Shown here piece after piece: positions 42,537 to 56,029 of a stretch of 64,000 nucleotides of DNA. Origin of the DNA: Macrostomum lignano (lineage: Eukaryota); NCBI GenBank assembly GCA_002269645.1, contig NIVC01000006.1, positions 620,001 to 684,000 on the forward strand, given 5' to 3'. The position numbers and the translations under genes were made by a program. How positions within the stretch are numbered: the stretch's first letter is position 1; every line of letters starts with the position of its first letter. A model generated the notes under the pieces. The model was not told the origin of the DNA, ran no database searches, and saw nothing but the letters and a program-made list of their open reading frames with translations.

Positions 42537-45271
42537 TTTGCGATTTCGGCGGAACTACTCTTCGAACTCCGACCAAGCTGGCACTCGCTACAGTGTTTTT
42601 ATCACGAACCAAGCGTCGGAGAAGGTACTTGATTAATTCTATGGAAGAGTCAGGTTCTGCAACACATCTGTAATTGTTTTTTTGCTAAACCTAACTAAAG
42701 TTTTTAATTTCGCCATAGCTGAGACACGAAAACACTGGTCTGTTTTTGCAAGCAATCTGGTTGAAAACAGTAAAAGTATGCAGAAGCTGAACGTGCTCAG
42801 ACACAGTGCGAAAATTTTCCCACGCTGTACGCTCATTATTCAGCGCTTCGAATTCATTATTTAGGGCTACTAAAAGTACATTCATGAGACAATTTGCTTG
42901 TGTTTATGGTTTTGTCCTTGACAATGACGTTGCATAGTAGGTAATCTCGTGAAATAACTTTAAGCTGCCGGATGGTCAGCAGAGCTGACCATGGGCCAAC
43001 TGCCTTTAGTGCTGGTAAGTTTTTGGAGTCTATGGTAAAAGAAAAGTTATGTGCTGCACAGTAGCCGTTCCTGCCGAGCATGGTCAGCAGCGCTGTTCAT
43101 ATGAAAAAATTGGTGAAAAAAGTCCTACTTATCTGCAATGGAAGCTGATTTACTTTTCAATAAAATGATGCACTACTCGTATTAAAGAGGTGCAGTGCTT
43201 TCTCTTTGAAAAATTCCTGTTTGCAGATTTTAAAGTGAACTGTAGTGCCTATAGCTAGATATCGAGTGTACACATTGCATAACTTATTTAGAGAGCATTA
43301 AGTGAAATGCACTTTGAAACTGTTTTTTTCGACCCAAGATTTGTCCAAGCTGAGTATAATATGAAATATATAATATCCACCATTGTCTACCTCCATAACC
43401 ATATACACAACCTACCCATAAAGCACTGTAAACAATTTTTTGAATGTTTTCGTTTGAAAGTTACCGAACTTTACTTTTTTGTCTGTTTTTGGCTGACTCG
43501 AATTGCTTCTTTATGAACTATCTGTTTAAAGAACATTTTCCTGTCGGACAGAATAAAATCTGCTACATTTTGCTACCAAATATTGAATGTAATAAAACCA
43601 AATAATGATAGTTTTATTAATTGTCATTAGTCTCAGAAATTTTGGTGCACAAAAAGTTCAACCAACTAACTGTTTAGCACACATCAATTTTAAGGTGGAA
43701 ACAAATCAAGAAAATTTTTATATTGACAATCATCCATACGAGGAAAAGTGAACAGCTTTTAACATCCGAAAAGCGCTCAGAGAAGCCGAAGATCTGTGCA
43801 AAAGGACATGCGGGCATGATTTGGTCGCCTACCGGTACATGCAGCTAACCATCGTACTGAATGCTCTGGAATTCATTTTAACTGTCCGAAACAAATTTAT
43901 CTTGCTAATAATACTTGAAGTAATAATTAAGAGAGTTTACACACGCATTTGTCTGTGTTCATCTGCGACTCTACTGGGTTGCATACTTCGTATGATAAAC
44001 CAAACTTTTACCGTTTAAGCTCAAAAGTAGCTATTTTTTTCGAAATAAGTACCTTAAAAACCTGTTCCGCTTCCAGTCCAAATCTAACCGTGATCCGACA
44101 TCCCATTCGGTGCTCTTTTTACTCCGGGTTCCCGGTGGTCTCAAGGTCTCATTATTATCTGAGAAGTCATTGAACATAAAAGACACAATTAGCATTGCAG
44201 AAGGAGTAGTGAACTTCTTTGACTTTGTTTTAACGATTGCACGCTGGAATCGATAAAACAGTTGGATTGTTTTAAAATTAAAGGACTCTGTCCCTCTACT
44301 AATCGTTTGTAGCTCAAAGAACAGTAGTATATATAGTGTAGATAATGAACTCAACATGAAAGCAAAGCATCGATTTGAATTATTAAAGCCCCTTAAGTCG
44401 AATGCCGCGCTGTTAAGCGCAAAGAAGCAAAGCAAAGAGAAGCATCACAAAAGTTTAGCAAATACTTGAAGATGATATTGGCCTAACGACTGTCGACATC
44501 CCATGCCAAGAGAAAGATCTCGATTGCCCCTATACGGAGCTTATTGATTTTAACGAGAGCAGTGGAGGACTTCTGCCGAGAGCTGATGAGTTGTAGGATA
44601 GGAAAGGAGCTGTATGTACTCTCTTGAGCTGAAAGATGCATATTAGCTGTGTACCGACGTATTACTTAGGCACCATAGAATTAGTTTTCATCAATGGTAC
44701 ACTTTGCTTGGGCAAATAATCGCCATTGAAGTTTGCACCCACGAGCCCAGTTTAACTAATTAAAACCAGCCGTTTGTCACCATTGCAAAAACGACATACA
44801 GTTTGCGAGATTAAAAAAGAGCAATAGGAACTAAAGCATTCATGGGATAAATGCGAATAACTTTGAAAACTTTTAGCAACTCTGCAAACAAACATTTTTA
44901 CGGAAAGAAAATAGCGAGATCTAACTTGCTTCCCTTTTAAGGCTTTCGATAAATCGCATAAGAGTACAGACAAAACTTTTCACTCAGAGCATTCTCAAAA
45001 CAACTTGTTGAAACAGAGCAAAGACATCAGGACATTTTGCCTTCGTAGTCAGCCTAAGGACCACTAGAACTTTTAGTCATCTTTGAGCGAGCCTTTATAC
45101 TTTTTGTGACTCCGACTTGCTATTGGTCAGCGACGACCAAGTCCATTCAAACCAGTGTGTAAAACGGTACGAATAAAAGCTGATATAAAACGGTCCCGAC
45201 TAAAAAGAGCTTGAGACCGATCTTCACAAATTTTCTCCACCTTCTGATAATGCTGCAACGGAAGAATTGAA

Positions 45272-46417
45272 ATGGTGAGTTAAAGCATCATGGTTTTTCT
45301 TTGAAGCTGAAACCACGAATAATCAATGACCTTGACGTTTATCCACCTCTAGACCAACGAGACAATCAGCAACCTCATCCCGTCTGAAGGAGGCTTCGAG
45401 AAATTCAACAGGTTGATCTTCTCCTGGCTATTCCCCCTCGTGATGGCATTCGGGACCTTCGGCAACGCCTCGTGCATGCTGGTGCTCCTGCGAAGACCAA
45501 AGTGCTTTCCTTTCTCTGTCCGGCTTAGCATGCTCAGCTGCTGCTTCGTGGACTTCCTGCTCGTCGCTGTGAAGTCCATCACGCACTATTTGTCCCCAGT
45601 CGTCATGGGAACAATCCTAAACGTTAGCGACTATAGAAGGACCTCGAGCTTAGCCGTGTGCATCTTATACTACTGGCTAACCATCTGGCTTCTGCATGGT
45701 AGCCCGTTTTTCCGTCTGGGCCTCTGCTTTCACTCGCTTGCCGTGACTCTGGTCCCACTCAAGCAGGCCACGTTGCTATGCAAAAGGAACGTGGCACTGT
45801 ACCAGCTGCTACTGCTGCTGCTGAGTCTTATACCCTGCACCAGGATGTTCAGCACCTACTGGGTTGTTGAGTTACACAAATGCTTTTTCTATGAGGACTG
45901 GATCGAGGTTTTCTACAGGATATTCACGGTGTTTGTAGGCCGAATCGTAGTGGTAGTGTGTCTGTTGGTGACCCTGCTGGTCATCTTGCTGGGCGTAAGG
46001 CGCACGCGGGATCACCTGCGCGGATCGGTGATCTCTGTCGGTAGTTCTCGCGCTGCTGGGCCTCAAACCAAGGCGGTGACCAGCATCTTTGTGATGACTA
46101 GCGCCATTTTCTTTTTGTGTGAAATGCCGTACAGCATACTGAGAGCCCTGCTGAATCTAGAGCTAATCAGGGGCACCAGCGATCTGAGCGAGGTGGTCCG
46201 TGTATTGAATGGTCTGATGTACGTAAACCCGGCTCTCAACTGGCTGCCTCTCTTGATCGGAGCGAAGTTTCGACACGAGTACATAAAAATGTACTGCTGC
46301 TTGTGCTGCCGGGTTCAAGAGAGCTCCAATAGATCTCGTTTCAACGAAATTTCAATGACAGCTCGTGCGAATCAACAACGAGCGAGCGCTAGTGCCTCAT
46401 CAGTGCAGGCGGCTTGA
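45272..46417 (+). CDS. GPCR-2: orphan class A (peptide-receptor/Srw-like) 7TM receptor, 355 aa; exon 1 = ATG 45272-45274, exon 2 = 45353-46417
   Basis: ATG|gtgagt ... ctctag|ACC AAC GAG ACA (N-glycosylation sequon NET); seven TM segments; CEMPY; NPALNW; basic helix 8 with a Cys cluster. Confidence 0.85.
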
Positions 46418-48494
46418 TGAAATCTGGTTTCGAGCGGTTTGTTGCACTTTTTGAGCGGATTTTGCAACTGGAAGCCGCGAGTCGTCTGAGTTACTGAAAT
46501 GAGGTTCTGAAACCCATCACTTTTTTCTAGCGAGTTTGAGTCACAAGAACTGGATCAATTGGCTCGTACAAAAGTGATACTTTACTTTTCCTTTCTATGT
46601 AAATCACTTAAAATTTTTCTGATGCACATGCTTTGTAGTTGCAGCACTTTAGCATATTTAATACGCACTACCTATAAAACTATACCCAACGTTTTATCAA
46701 GAAATTTTTCGCTTGTTGTGTGTTGCTACTGAATTAGAAAATTTAAAGCTTGACCATAAAAATTGTTTGAGAAAGGGGTCGTTCAAACGTTTGGAACCAT
46801 CTACAGTATGGTTGGCCCTAATTCCCATGGACATGCAGGTTCATATCTGTTGCGCCAATTAAATTTTATTTGTATGTTGTCTGTCAGTTATTTTCTTATA
46901 TAGCTGCGTTTGAATAAACAAAAAGGATGATCTGATCATAATATTATTGTTGTCCAAAATATACATGTAGTGATCTGTTTTATGAACGATAAGTCAGAGC
47001 GAATCTATGCCACACTTGTATCGATTGGTTTTAGCAATAATTTGGTGGTAGAAAGGGAGATGCAAATGGCTAGATATCACGGCTATAGATACCGGGTTCT
47101 CGTACACGTACAAGAGTTCAAGATGACGACATAAAAATCGTGTTTTTGGATAAACCATCATTTTCGCTGCTAAAGATGATGAGTTCTTATTTACTACTTT
47201 CAGTACAGCTTATAGTGACTTAGAATTTCCACAGACGATCGATGTATAAAGACGATGTATTATCAGAACCATAAAAGTAGTGAACTTTTTTGTGACGTCA
47301 TGTTTCCAAGCAGCAGATCAGGCGACTGAAGGAAGTTGACTGATCAATTTCAAACTGAATGTCAAACACAAAGGAAGCCTCAAACAGAAACAATATGTCA
47401 AACATAAAAGAATCGTCATGTTAATTATCAAAGAAGCGCCATGTTGAACATTTCATTGGGAAATTTCTGAGATGTCAGAAGCTTACGGGGTTAATTGTTG
47501 AGATGTCAAGGCTTTATGGTCATAAACTACATATAGTTTGTTGAAAAAAATTCGATTGTTTGTTGGCTCCACAACGCTGATTGCTAGCCACTGTAAGATT
47601 TTTACACGTGGATTTATCTGAGCGATAATATCTATGCTTTCATGCAAAAACTTCTGCACCTTTGGTTGGAATTCCTGAAGAACTGACAGCTTATATCTTG
47701 CCATCGCTGTGAGCTGAGCTTCCACGAATTAAAGAAAAGTGTAAAAATTAAAAAATTAAGCGATTAAGTTTCTTTTTCAATGCTTGTCTAAACCTATGCG
47801 TAGTCTTTGTGTATTGCATGACTCATATGCTGTCTTTACATTCCTTAACTATGAGATCTAAAACTTGCCTCATTTCTACGGCATAACAAGAAAAAACTGC
47901 AAAATAATTGGGTAAAAACCCGTTCTTTTAAAAATTTAGGGCACATTTGTTCTAGGATATACGGGCTGCATGCAGTGCTGGGGGGGGGTGAAATCGCAAT
48001 AGTTCAAAGATTATTCGGTTATTATTCGGTTGTAGGTGAACTAATTTTTTTCCTCATAAATCTTATCAGACTGTTTATTGATTCAATAAGAATATTATCT
48101 TCAATGATTTTTTTGCTTGCATTTCTTTGGAAAATTAACAAAAATCGGTGGGCAATCCTGTTTTTTAGTTTAGCGACAACATCGAATAAAGCTTTCTACG
48201 GATCAATATTGATGCATGGAACAGCGACGCCCAAGAATCAATAACAGGGAAAATATCCGACACCCTGGGAGAGCTCGGACCCTGAGCTACTATTTGGAGC
48301 CATGAGTGTCAGAAGGTATCCAACAACTCTCTGCATGCTCTTACTGAAATCGATTCGTCTTATTTCAAACCATTTCAGGTGTTATCACTCGCTGTTATTG
48401 TTTTTATAGAAAATGAGTTAGCGAACTGAAATGTCCCGATATAAGTGCATTACGAAAGTAGACGAGACGAACAGTTCTCTGGATATAAAATTAA

Positions 48495-51255
48495 CCTCTT
48501 CCACACTGATGCATTTGGGTCTCACTCATGCAAGTGACGGATGGTACGCATAGCGTACCATAGAATATTTTGTGGGCGCAAAAATTTTGGCAGCACACCC
48601 TTAAGTGCCAGCTAGGCGGGAATTTTTCGCTTTGCCTATCTTTCTTTCTTTACGAGCGGCTTATTATTTTACGGCGTTTATAATCGTTTGATTTCGATCT
48701 TCTTTAATTCACAGCTCCACCGATTGACCGCCTGGTTTGTGTGTTTCTTTATTACGGTTAAATATATTTTTCCTGTGTTACTTTTTATACTATTTTGTGT
48801 TTGAACATTTTAGTACGCTTTTCATTTGTGTATATATCCTGTTTATAAAGTTATAGGCTTTATTTTGTATCGCTGTTACATTATAAGTTATTTAAATTAG
48901 AGCTTTTTGTATCGAATATGGCCATGCAGTTTATTCGTCAGGCTCTTGTGGGTCTTCGTGGTGGGCCAGCTGAGGTCTCGAGCGATTCTGACGACGGCTT
49001 TGAGGACGAGATTTTAGAGGAGGAATCTATGGATGAAGATGTGACTGAAGAACAAGGCGATGATGCTGAAATGCAGTGGCGAGGCGTGACTGAGGAGACG
49101 GATACATGAGAAAGCGCTGATGTGGAATTTTTCGGTGTTGAAGGCCTGAATCATGAAGTTCACGTTCCCGCCGACGTTGAGAATGGAGTCGGAAGTTTCT
49201 TTTCAATGTTCGTTACTGACGATCTATTGGAAATGTTATGCAAGTTTACCAATGCTAGGGCATGGGCCGAGGTGCATTCATGCGAAGAAGATGGTCTTGA
49301 TCAAATGCCTGCAAGGTTGTCAGCTTGGCGCGATTGCACAATTTCCGAGATGAAAAAGATGCTAGCCATAATCATGTACATGGTTGTCGTCAAAAAGCCC
49401 GACATGCGTGCATATTGGTCCACTGATGAGTTTTACGGCAGCAGCCTGTTTCAAGGCGAGTTTTGCATCGCTCGAGAGCGCTTCCAACAAATCCTCTCCT
49501 TCTTACGCTTCTACGATTGCCAGGACAACACGAACGCCGACGATCCACTAAGAAAGGTGCGCCCATTCCTGCAATATGTTTGCCAAATTTGCAAAAGAAA
49601 CTACTCACCAGGCAGGGAAGTTGCGATCGACGAGGAGCTGGTTCTTCATAAGGGCCGGCTCATTTTCAAGCAGTATATTCCTAAGAAGCGGGCTCGCTTT
49701 GGAATAAAAACCTACTGCCTCGTCGACGCCAAAACCGGCTATCTCTGGAACATACTGGTTCATTCAACACCGGATGAAAATGCTCGCTTTGGAGAGGGCC
49801 TGGGCTGCGCTGAACTCAGCATAACTGAAAGAATTGTTGTTGAGCTCATGCAAGATCTTTTCGGCTTAGGCTACCAAGTATTCACTGATAGTTTTTTCAC
49901 GTCAATTCGACTTGCCAGTTTTCTTCTCGAGAAAGGCACCACAATCACCGGTTCAGTCCAGGCAAATCGAGGCATCCCAGACTCGCTTAAGACTGCTAAT
50001 ATTCCAGCTCCCAGCTTTCGCTTCATGCGTAAAGGTGATGTCCTGGCAATAAAGATGACCGACAAGAAGGCAAGTGGCGTCAAGACTTTGCATCTCCTCG
50101 ACACTCACGGTGTTGCCGGCTCGGTCGAGCGACAGACCATCCGCCGCGGAGGGCTAGTGCAGCTGGTTAGGAAGCCTACGAGCGTTGCGAACTACACCAA
50201 ATTCATGGGAGGAGTCGATAGACTGGACTCGTGTCTCCAACCGTACCACCCTAACAGGAAGACATACCGATGGCATCAAAAGTTAGCGCTCCATCTGATG
50301 TTTCAACTGGTGCACAATTCCTGGGTTGCCTACCAAATTTCAGGTGGATCCAAGCCTTTTCTGCGATTTTTGGAAACCTGCATCACTTGGCTAATGAGGA
50401 GCACGGGCCCTGGGAAGCTGCGGTGCATCCGGACGACGCCTGCTACACACGCTGGTGACGGACACTTTCCTTCGAAGCTCCCACCTACCCAGGGAAATCC
50501 ACGTCCGTCTAAGCGCTTTCGCGTCTGCTACAGAAATGGAGTATCAAAGCGCACAGTGACCGTCTGCAAGGGTTGTGTGAATCAGCCGGGACTGTGAATT
50601 GGAGACTGTTTCGAGCAGTGGCACGTTTAAGTGCAGTCCCTGGTTCGTGTGACTCCTCAGCCAGCGTTTAGAGCTTACACAAGTTTGCGCAACTTATCCT
50701 GTGCAATGTACGAAACTTGAGTATGTATCGTTGTTTATTATTCTCGTTCTAATGTCAGATATGGATTAGATATTGTAAAAAGTTGTAAATTTTTACTAGC
50801 AATGAACGACATCAGACAATTTAGTTATCTGAAAAAATTACAGGTGCTTGTGAGTTCCAGGTAGCTCGTATGGGGTCGAAACACAAGAAACAAATGCTTA
50901 AAAACTTCAAATATCAGTTTTTTTCCTCGATACCTCCTTCAAAAAACCTTTCTCGTGTTTTATACTTTGCTGTTCCAGTGTTCCAGTTTTTATTGCAAGA
51001 AATTATTGAGAAATTGTTCGATAAATTAGTTTATTTCTATAGTACTTAACCATTAAAAGCTTTAATAAAAAAACTTTCGAAAGCCACGAAGTAATTGCAT
51101 CTCTAATCATGGCATGCATGGCGTACCATTCGTCACTTGTAAGTCTGTGTTCTTGCGTCTTAAGATTTCTGCAGGTTTAAAAAAGTTGTCTATGATAGTA
51201 AGCGGGCAAAGCTGTGAGCCATGGTATGCTATGCGTACCATCGGGTTCGATAGGG
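48495..51255 (+). mobile_element. piggyBac-superfamily DNA transposon, 2761 bp, flanked by TTAA on both sides
   Basis: TTAA at 48491-48494 and 51256-51259; CC.../...GGG termini (degenerate TIR); inverted subterminal motif GATGGTACGCATAGC(G/A)TACCAT near both ends; internal transposase. Confidence 0.8.
48918..50630 (+). pseudogene. piggyBac transposase with in-frame TGA at 49107-49109 and 50595-50597
   Basis: DDD triad IDEE / TDSFFTS / GGVDRLD is intact; YIPKKRARFGIK motif present. The C-terminal Cys-rich domain reads KRFRVC...CKGC..QPGL*IGDCFEQWH. ORFs 48918-49109 and 49122-50597 are in the same frame. Confidence 0.85.
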
Positions 51256-51330
51256 TTAAGAGTACAGGGCGAAACGGGCTCTTTGATTTTGTTTATTCGA
51301 TTGCACACGGTTATCAACTGAACCGGTTAA

Positions 51331-51591
51331 GGGTCTGTAAAAAAGCTGGACGCATTGGACACACTGGACACATTGGACACCCCTTATTTTAACAAAAGTC
51401 GGAATTCAACAACTAATTGTTGATACTAATAATTCAAAGATTGCCAAAAGCGTAAGTAAAATTGTAATAATAAATAGACAAAGTATGTAATTACCGCAAC
51501 GAAAAAACAATTGAATTTCGACTTTTGTTAAAATAAGGGGTGTCCAATGAGTCCAGTGTGTCCTATACCTGTCCAGCTTTTATACAGACCC
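51331..51591. mobile_element. 261-bp MITE with ~77-bp TIRs (GGGTCTGT...ACAGACCC)
   Basis: Left gggtctgtaaaaaagctggac...caccccttattttaacaaaagtcggaattc is the inverse of the right end; the TSD is not exact. Confidence 0.8.
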
Positions 51592-52798
51592 AACCGTTGG
51601 GTTTAAGGCAGTTTGCATGCTTCCCAACCTATCTATTAATTTGAAGGTATTTTAATTGGGAAAATTTTTACATCGGCTACACAACGCTAGTTTAAGGCTG
51701 CACCTATAGAGAAAATAGGTGATTGCCGAATATCAAATAGGTTGGCTGGGTTCGACTGAAGCATAATTTTCTAAGACAGACAATTCGACGTTCTGTTGCT
51801 TCACAATTTTTTTTCATATGCCCTCTCATCGGCAGTCAATATTTTCTCATCTACCTGTGGTGGTGATATATTTTAGGATCCCATGCATTCTTCATTTCAG
51901 CATTTAAAATTTGAGCAGAAAAAAGGTAAGTTGTGACGTCTCTTGAACTATTTTTAGCTGTGCCTCTTTTAATACGATATCTGCTCCGACGCAGATAAAA
52001 TGGAAATGATTGATTGAGTACTGCAGTTCAATGGACATTCATTGCCGTCTGTCTGTTCCAAAAAACAATATCCATGTTTCTTAATTATTCCTAGTTTCCG
52101 ATAAATGTATTCAGACTGCTTACTGACTGCAGCAATGACGTTTGCTTTTAAGTTGCAACCTACATATGCTTGCTTTGGATCTCGTATAACCAACAAATTT
52201 TAAAGCTAGCATCGCTTTGAATCACCTGCGGGTCCAGATCGATCTCAGCATTGCCAAGGCACACAGACAAAGCAAAGCAAATCAAAGGAAAATGGAAACT
52301 CATTTCCTAATTGCATGGGGGGGGCAGATAAATGACAGCCAATAAGTGCAATTTTCGAAGAGAGAGCTATACTATTTATTCATTGGTTTAGATAAGAGCA
52401 ATGCACAGTGGAGACAGTAAAGTGTTCCCAGAGAGTGCAAATCAGAGGACATTTCAGCGTCAGCGTTCAGCGTCCGAAAAATCTTAAGGAAAATCCGCAG
52501 TTTCTATTTAGAAGTAGTGTAGGCTGCTGATGACGCTGAAGTAATTTAAATTTACTTCACAGAACAACAATTGTGCCAATCAAAAATGCTAAAATGTAAT
52601 CCTATATTAGACGTCTTGAGCAAGATTTTTTTAATCAGAAAAAAATATCGAGAAACTAACTTGCTATTGGATAGTTGCTTAAAATGCCACCCAATAAGAG
52701 TAAGGCAACGGATGTTATTTAAACAGACCCTGCAAAAAAGAACTCCTTACCAATTTAGGCAATTTTCCCCACAATTCTGAGGCGACGGAAGAATTGAA

Positions 52799-53902
52799 AT
52801 GGTGAGTTAAAGCATCATGGTTTTTCTTTGAAGCTGAAACCACGAATAATCAATGACCTTGACGTTTATCCACCTCTAGACCAACGAGACAATTAGCAAC
52901 CTCATCCCGTCTGAAGGAGGCTTCGAGAAATTCAACAGGTTGATCTTCTCCTGGCTATTCCCCCTCGTGATGGCATTCGGGACCTTCGGCAACGCCTCGT
53001 GCATGCTGGTGCTCCTGCGAAGACCAAAGTGCTTTCCTTTCTCTGTCCGGCTTAGCATGCTCAGCTGCTGCTTCGTGGACTTCCTGCTCGTCGCTGTGAA
53101 GTCCATCACGCACTATTTGTCCCCAGTCGTCATGGGAACAATCCTAAACGTTAGCGACTATAGAAGGACCTCGAGCTTAGCCGTGTGCATCTTATACTAC
53201 TGGCTAACCATCTGGCTTCTGCATGGTAGCCCGTTTTTCCGTCTGGGCCTCTGCTTTCACTCGCTTGCCGTGACTCTGGTCCCGCTCAAGCAGGCCACGT
53301 TGCTATGCAAAAGGAACGTGGCACTGTACCAGCTGCTACTGCTGCTGTTGAGTCTTATACCCTGCACCAGGATGTTCAGCACCTACTGGGTTGTTGAGTT
53401 ACACAAATGCTTTTTCTATGAGGACTGGATCGAGGTTTTCTACAGGATATTCACGGTATTTGTAGGCCGAATCGTAGTGGTAGTGTGTCTGTTGGTGACC
53501 CTGCTGGTCATCTTGCTGGGCGTAAGGCGCACGCGGGACCACCTGCGCGGATCGGCAGTGTCTGTCAGAGGGCCCCAGACCAAGGCAGTGACCAGCATCT
53601 TTGTGATGACTAGCGCCATTTTCTTTGTGTGTGAAATGCCGTACAGCATACTGAGAATGCTTCAGACGCTGGAGTTGGTCAATTGGACAAGGATGCTCAG
53701 CTACATTGCTCTTCTGCTGAATGGTCTGATGTACGTAAACCCGGCCCTGAACTGGCTGCCCTGCCTGATTGGAGCAAAGTTCCGGCTCGAATACATGAAG
53801 ATGTTCTGCTGCTTGTGCTGCCGGTCTCAAGACAGGTCCAGATTTGACGACATGTCAAATATACAGCGGTCAAATCAGCAGAGAGCAACCACTAGTACCT
53901 AA
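52799..53902 (+). CDS. GPCR-3: paralog of GPCR-2, 341 aa; exon 1 = ATG 52799-52801, exon 2 = 52880-53902
   Basis: Same structure as GPCR-2; protein identical through TM5, divergent in TM6, TM7 and the C-tail. Confidence 0.85.
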
Positions 53903-54357
53903 GCGATGCAGTCTGCCGGATGAGATAAATAGGAATCCAACTTGGTTCCGACAAAAACAAGTATAAGAAATCTAAAAGCCCTCTGAATTAAGAGGTCACA
54001 CATTGTCAACACATCAATCACTCTGTCCACAACACTATAGCTACAATTTAGCTTTTCAAGCCAGCTGCCACGTAATCCAAACAAGACTGTTAGAAATTGA
54101 AATATCCCTTTATCACCTTCCTATAATCTTATTTTGTTTTCTTCGTTTTTTTCCAACACGAAGCACTATTTATAACTATATAGTCTCAAGACTTGCTATG
54201 TGCATGCACAAAAAACTTTGCAAACGTTTATCTACTTAGCTTGAAAGCAGCTGTATCCATTAAAACGCTTGCTTGAAATCAAGACGTAAATAACGATCAC
54301 GGTCTACAGGGAACTTTTTCAAATAGCTACCTGATAAAAGACGCTGAATGCCGAAAT

Positions 54358-54390
54358 AGGTCCTTAATAAATAACATTTATTAAGGACCT
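54358..54390. other. Perfect 15-bp inverted repeat with a 3-nt loop
   Basis: AGGTCCTTAATAAAT-aac-ATTTATTAAGGACCT. Confidence 0.85.
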
Positions 54391-56029
54391 TCGTGTATAA
54401 TACGAGCGTACATACATGTACTGTAAACTGCTAATTAAAACCTAAAAACTTGACATTTCAAGATTTAAGTGAGAAAACTCAAGCACACTCAGCAAAATTG
54501 ACTCATCATTCTTTGCGATAGTTTCTTCTCGGGCTGGTATGAGCTAAAAGATCGCATAATGAAGTTGCAACTTGTTTTTTTCTACTACTTTTAGTAAGAA
54601 TCGGAGCATCTAGGCAATTGCATTATCTCATCTCATCTAAAAATTTTAAAATTGTTTTTGGGCTTTGGACGATCCAGTAAACTTAGAACTTTTTATGCGA
54701 AGTATAATGCAAAATTGGGAAAAATAAAAGAATAAATCCTTGTATATTTCCTGTATTGTACATTTGTTAGTTTGCAAACGGAATGCTAACTTAATAAAGA
54801 CTGCTCAGAGAAGGCTCACTCGAACCCCAGTCAAAGGACGCCTTAAATTACACGTCAAGAAAAGATCATTCTTCATTTGATGGCGTTTGAACCCATTTTC
54901 TTAGAGATTTAGAACAAGCTTTTTTTATCGTTTCGTAATTTTGAGTCATGTCTGTCTTAGTAGACTTCTTTTTAATTTTACAGTTGCAGTAAATTTTATT
55001 GGGGTTTCACTTCACGTGCCATCATCAATTGTGATTGCGTAACAATGTGAGGTCGTTGAGCACTTTAATGTATCCAATGAAGTTCCTTATTTACTCCAGT
55101 TGCTGAATATGGTAAGTGACAGAAATTGTTGAAACAAAATCAAATTCAATGGTTTATTATTGTTTAACAGCATATGCTGCATTGATTTCACAAACGATTG
55201 AACTTCTTCAACTTTTCATAGGCTCGACTAGGAGAGGGGGCTGTTCCAGTAAAATATCCTGTAAAATGCTATAATTCCATAACACTTAAAAAAAGAAGAA
55301 AATACTTTTTCTTGGCTCTTTACTTGTCAACACACAGAGTAGACGACGTTCAGATAGGTAGCAAATGTGGAAACCTTGCAGTCGAAGTAGCCATGATGAC
55401 CCACCCCATTTTTCTCCATTAATCAGCTGTCAACTCCTCAAGCTGTCTTTCATTACGGCTGTGGCTAAACTCAAATCAAGCAGGAAATGGAAATGCATAG
55501 CCAATGAACGCAGAGTTGAGGTGAATAGCTTCTACGGACTGGCTGAGGCTGGACTGGTCCAGTGATGAAAAAATATTTTATATGAAGAATATAAAAACAT
55601 ACCTACCCACCGACACACCATTTTTATTATACGGAAATAACGGATATCATATTAAGATGCTCGTTATCTGAAACAGAATCTACCAGCTATTTGAAAACCT
55701 CGAAAATATGGTGGTGAGTAATTTCTGGGGGGCCTGGCGCTTCTTCTTAAAACCGGGCAGAATAATTTACGATTTCATCCTTTTAAAAGCTCTTCAGCCT
55801 GAATAATGACCCGGGTAAAAATTCAAAGAATAATTTCTCACATCCCTCGAAGTAGGAATAAGATAAAATTTTAATAATCACAGGATGGCTGTAAGCCACC
55901 CTGATGCCACGCCTTAGACGACAAAATCCCACAACCATCGCTGAGGCAACTCTGCCTATTCCGCTGTCTTCTGAGCACATACAGTCGCGCTAATGCGACT
56001 GTATTCATCATCAATTAGAATATAATATC

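Noticed and set aside
44031-44435. 134-aa hydrophobic ORF and other short ORFs in 37100-41500, 42600-45200 and 54000-56000
   Set aside because: AT-rich intergenic composition, no domain motifs and no supporting splice pattern.
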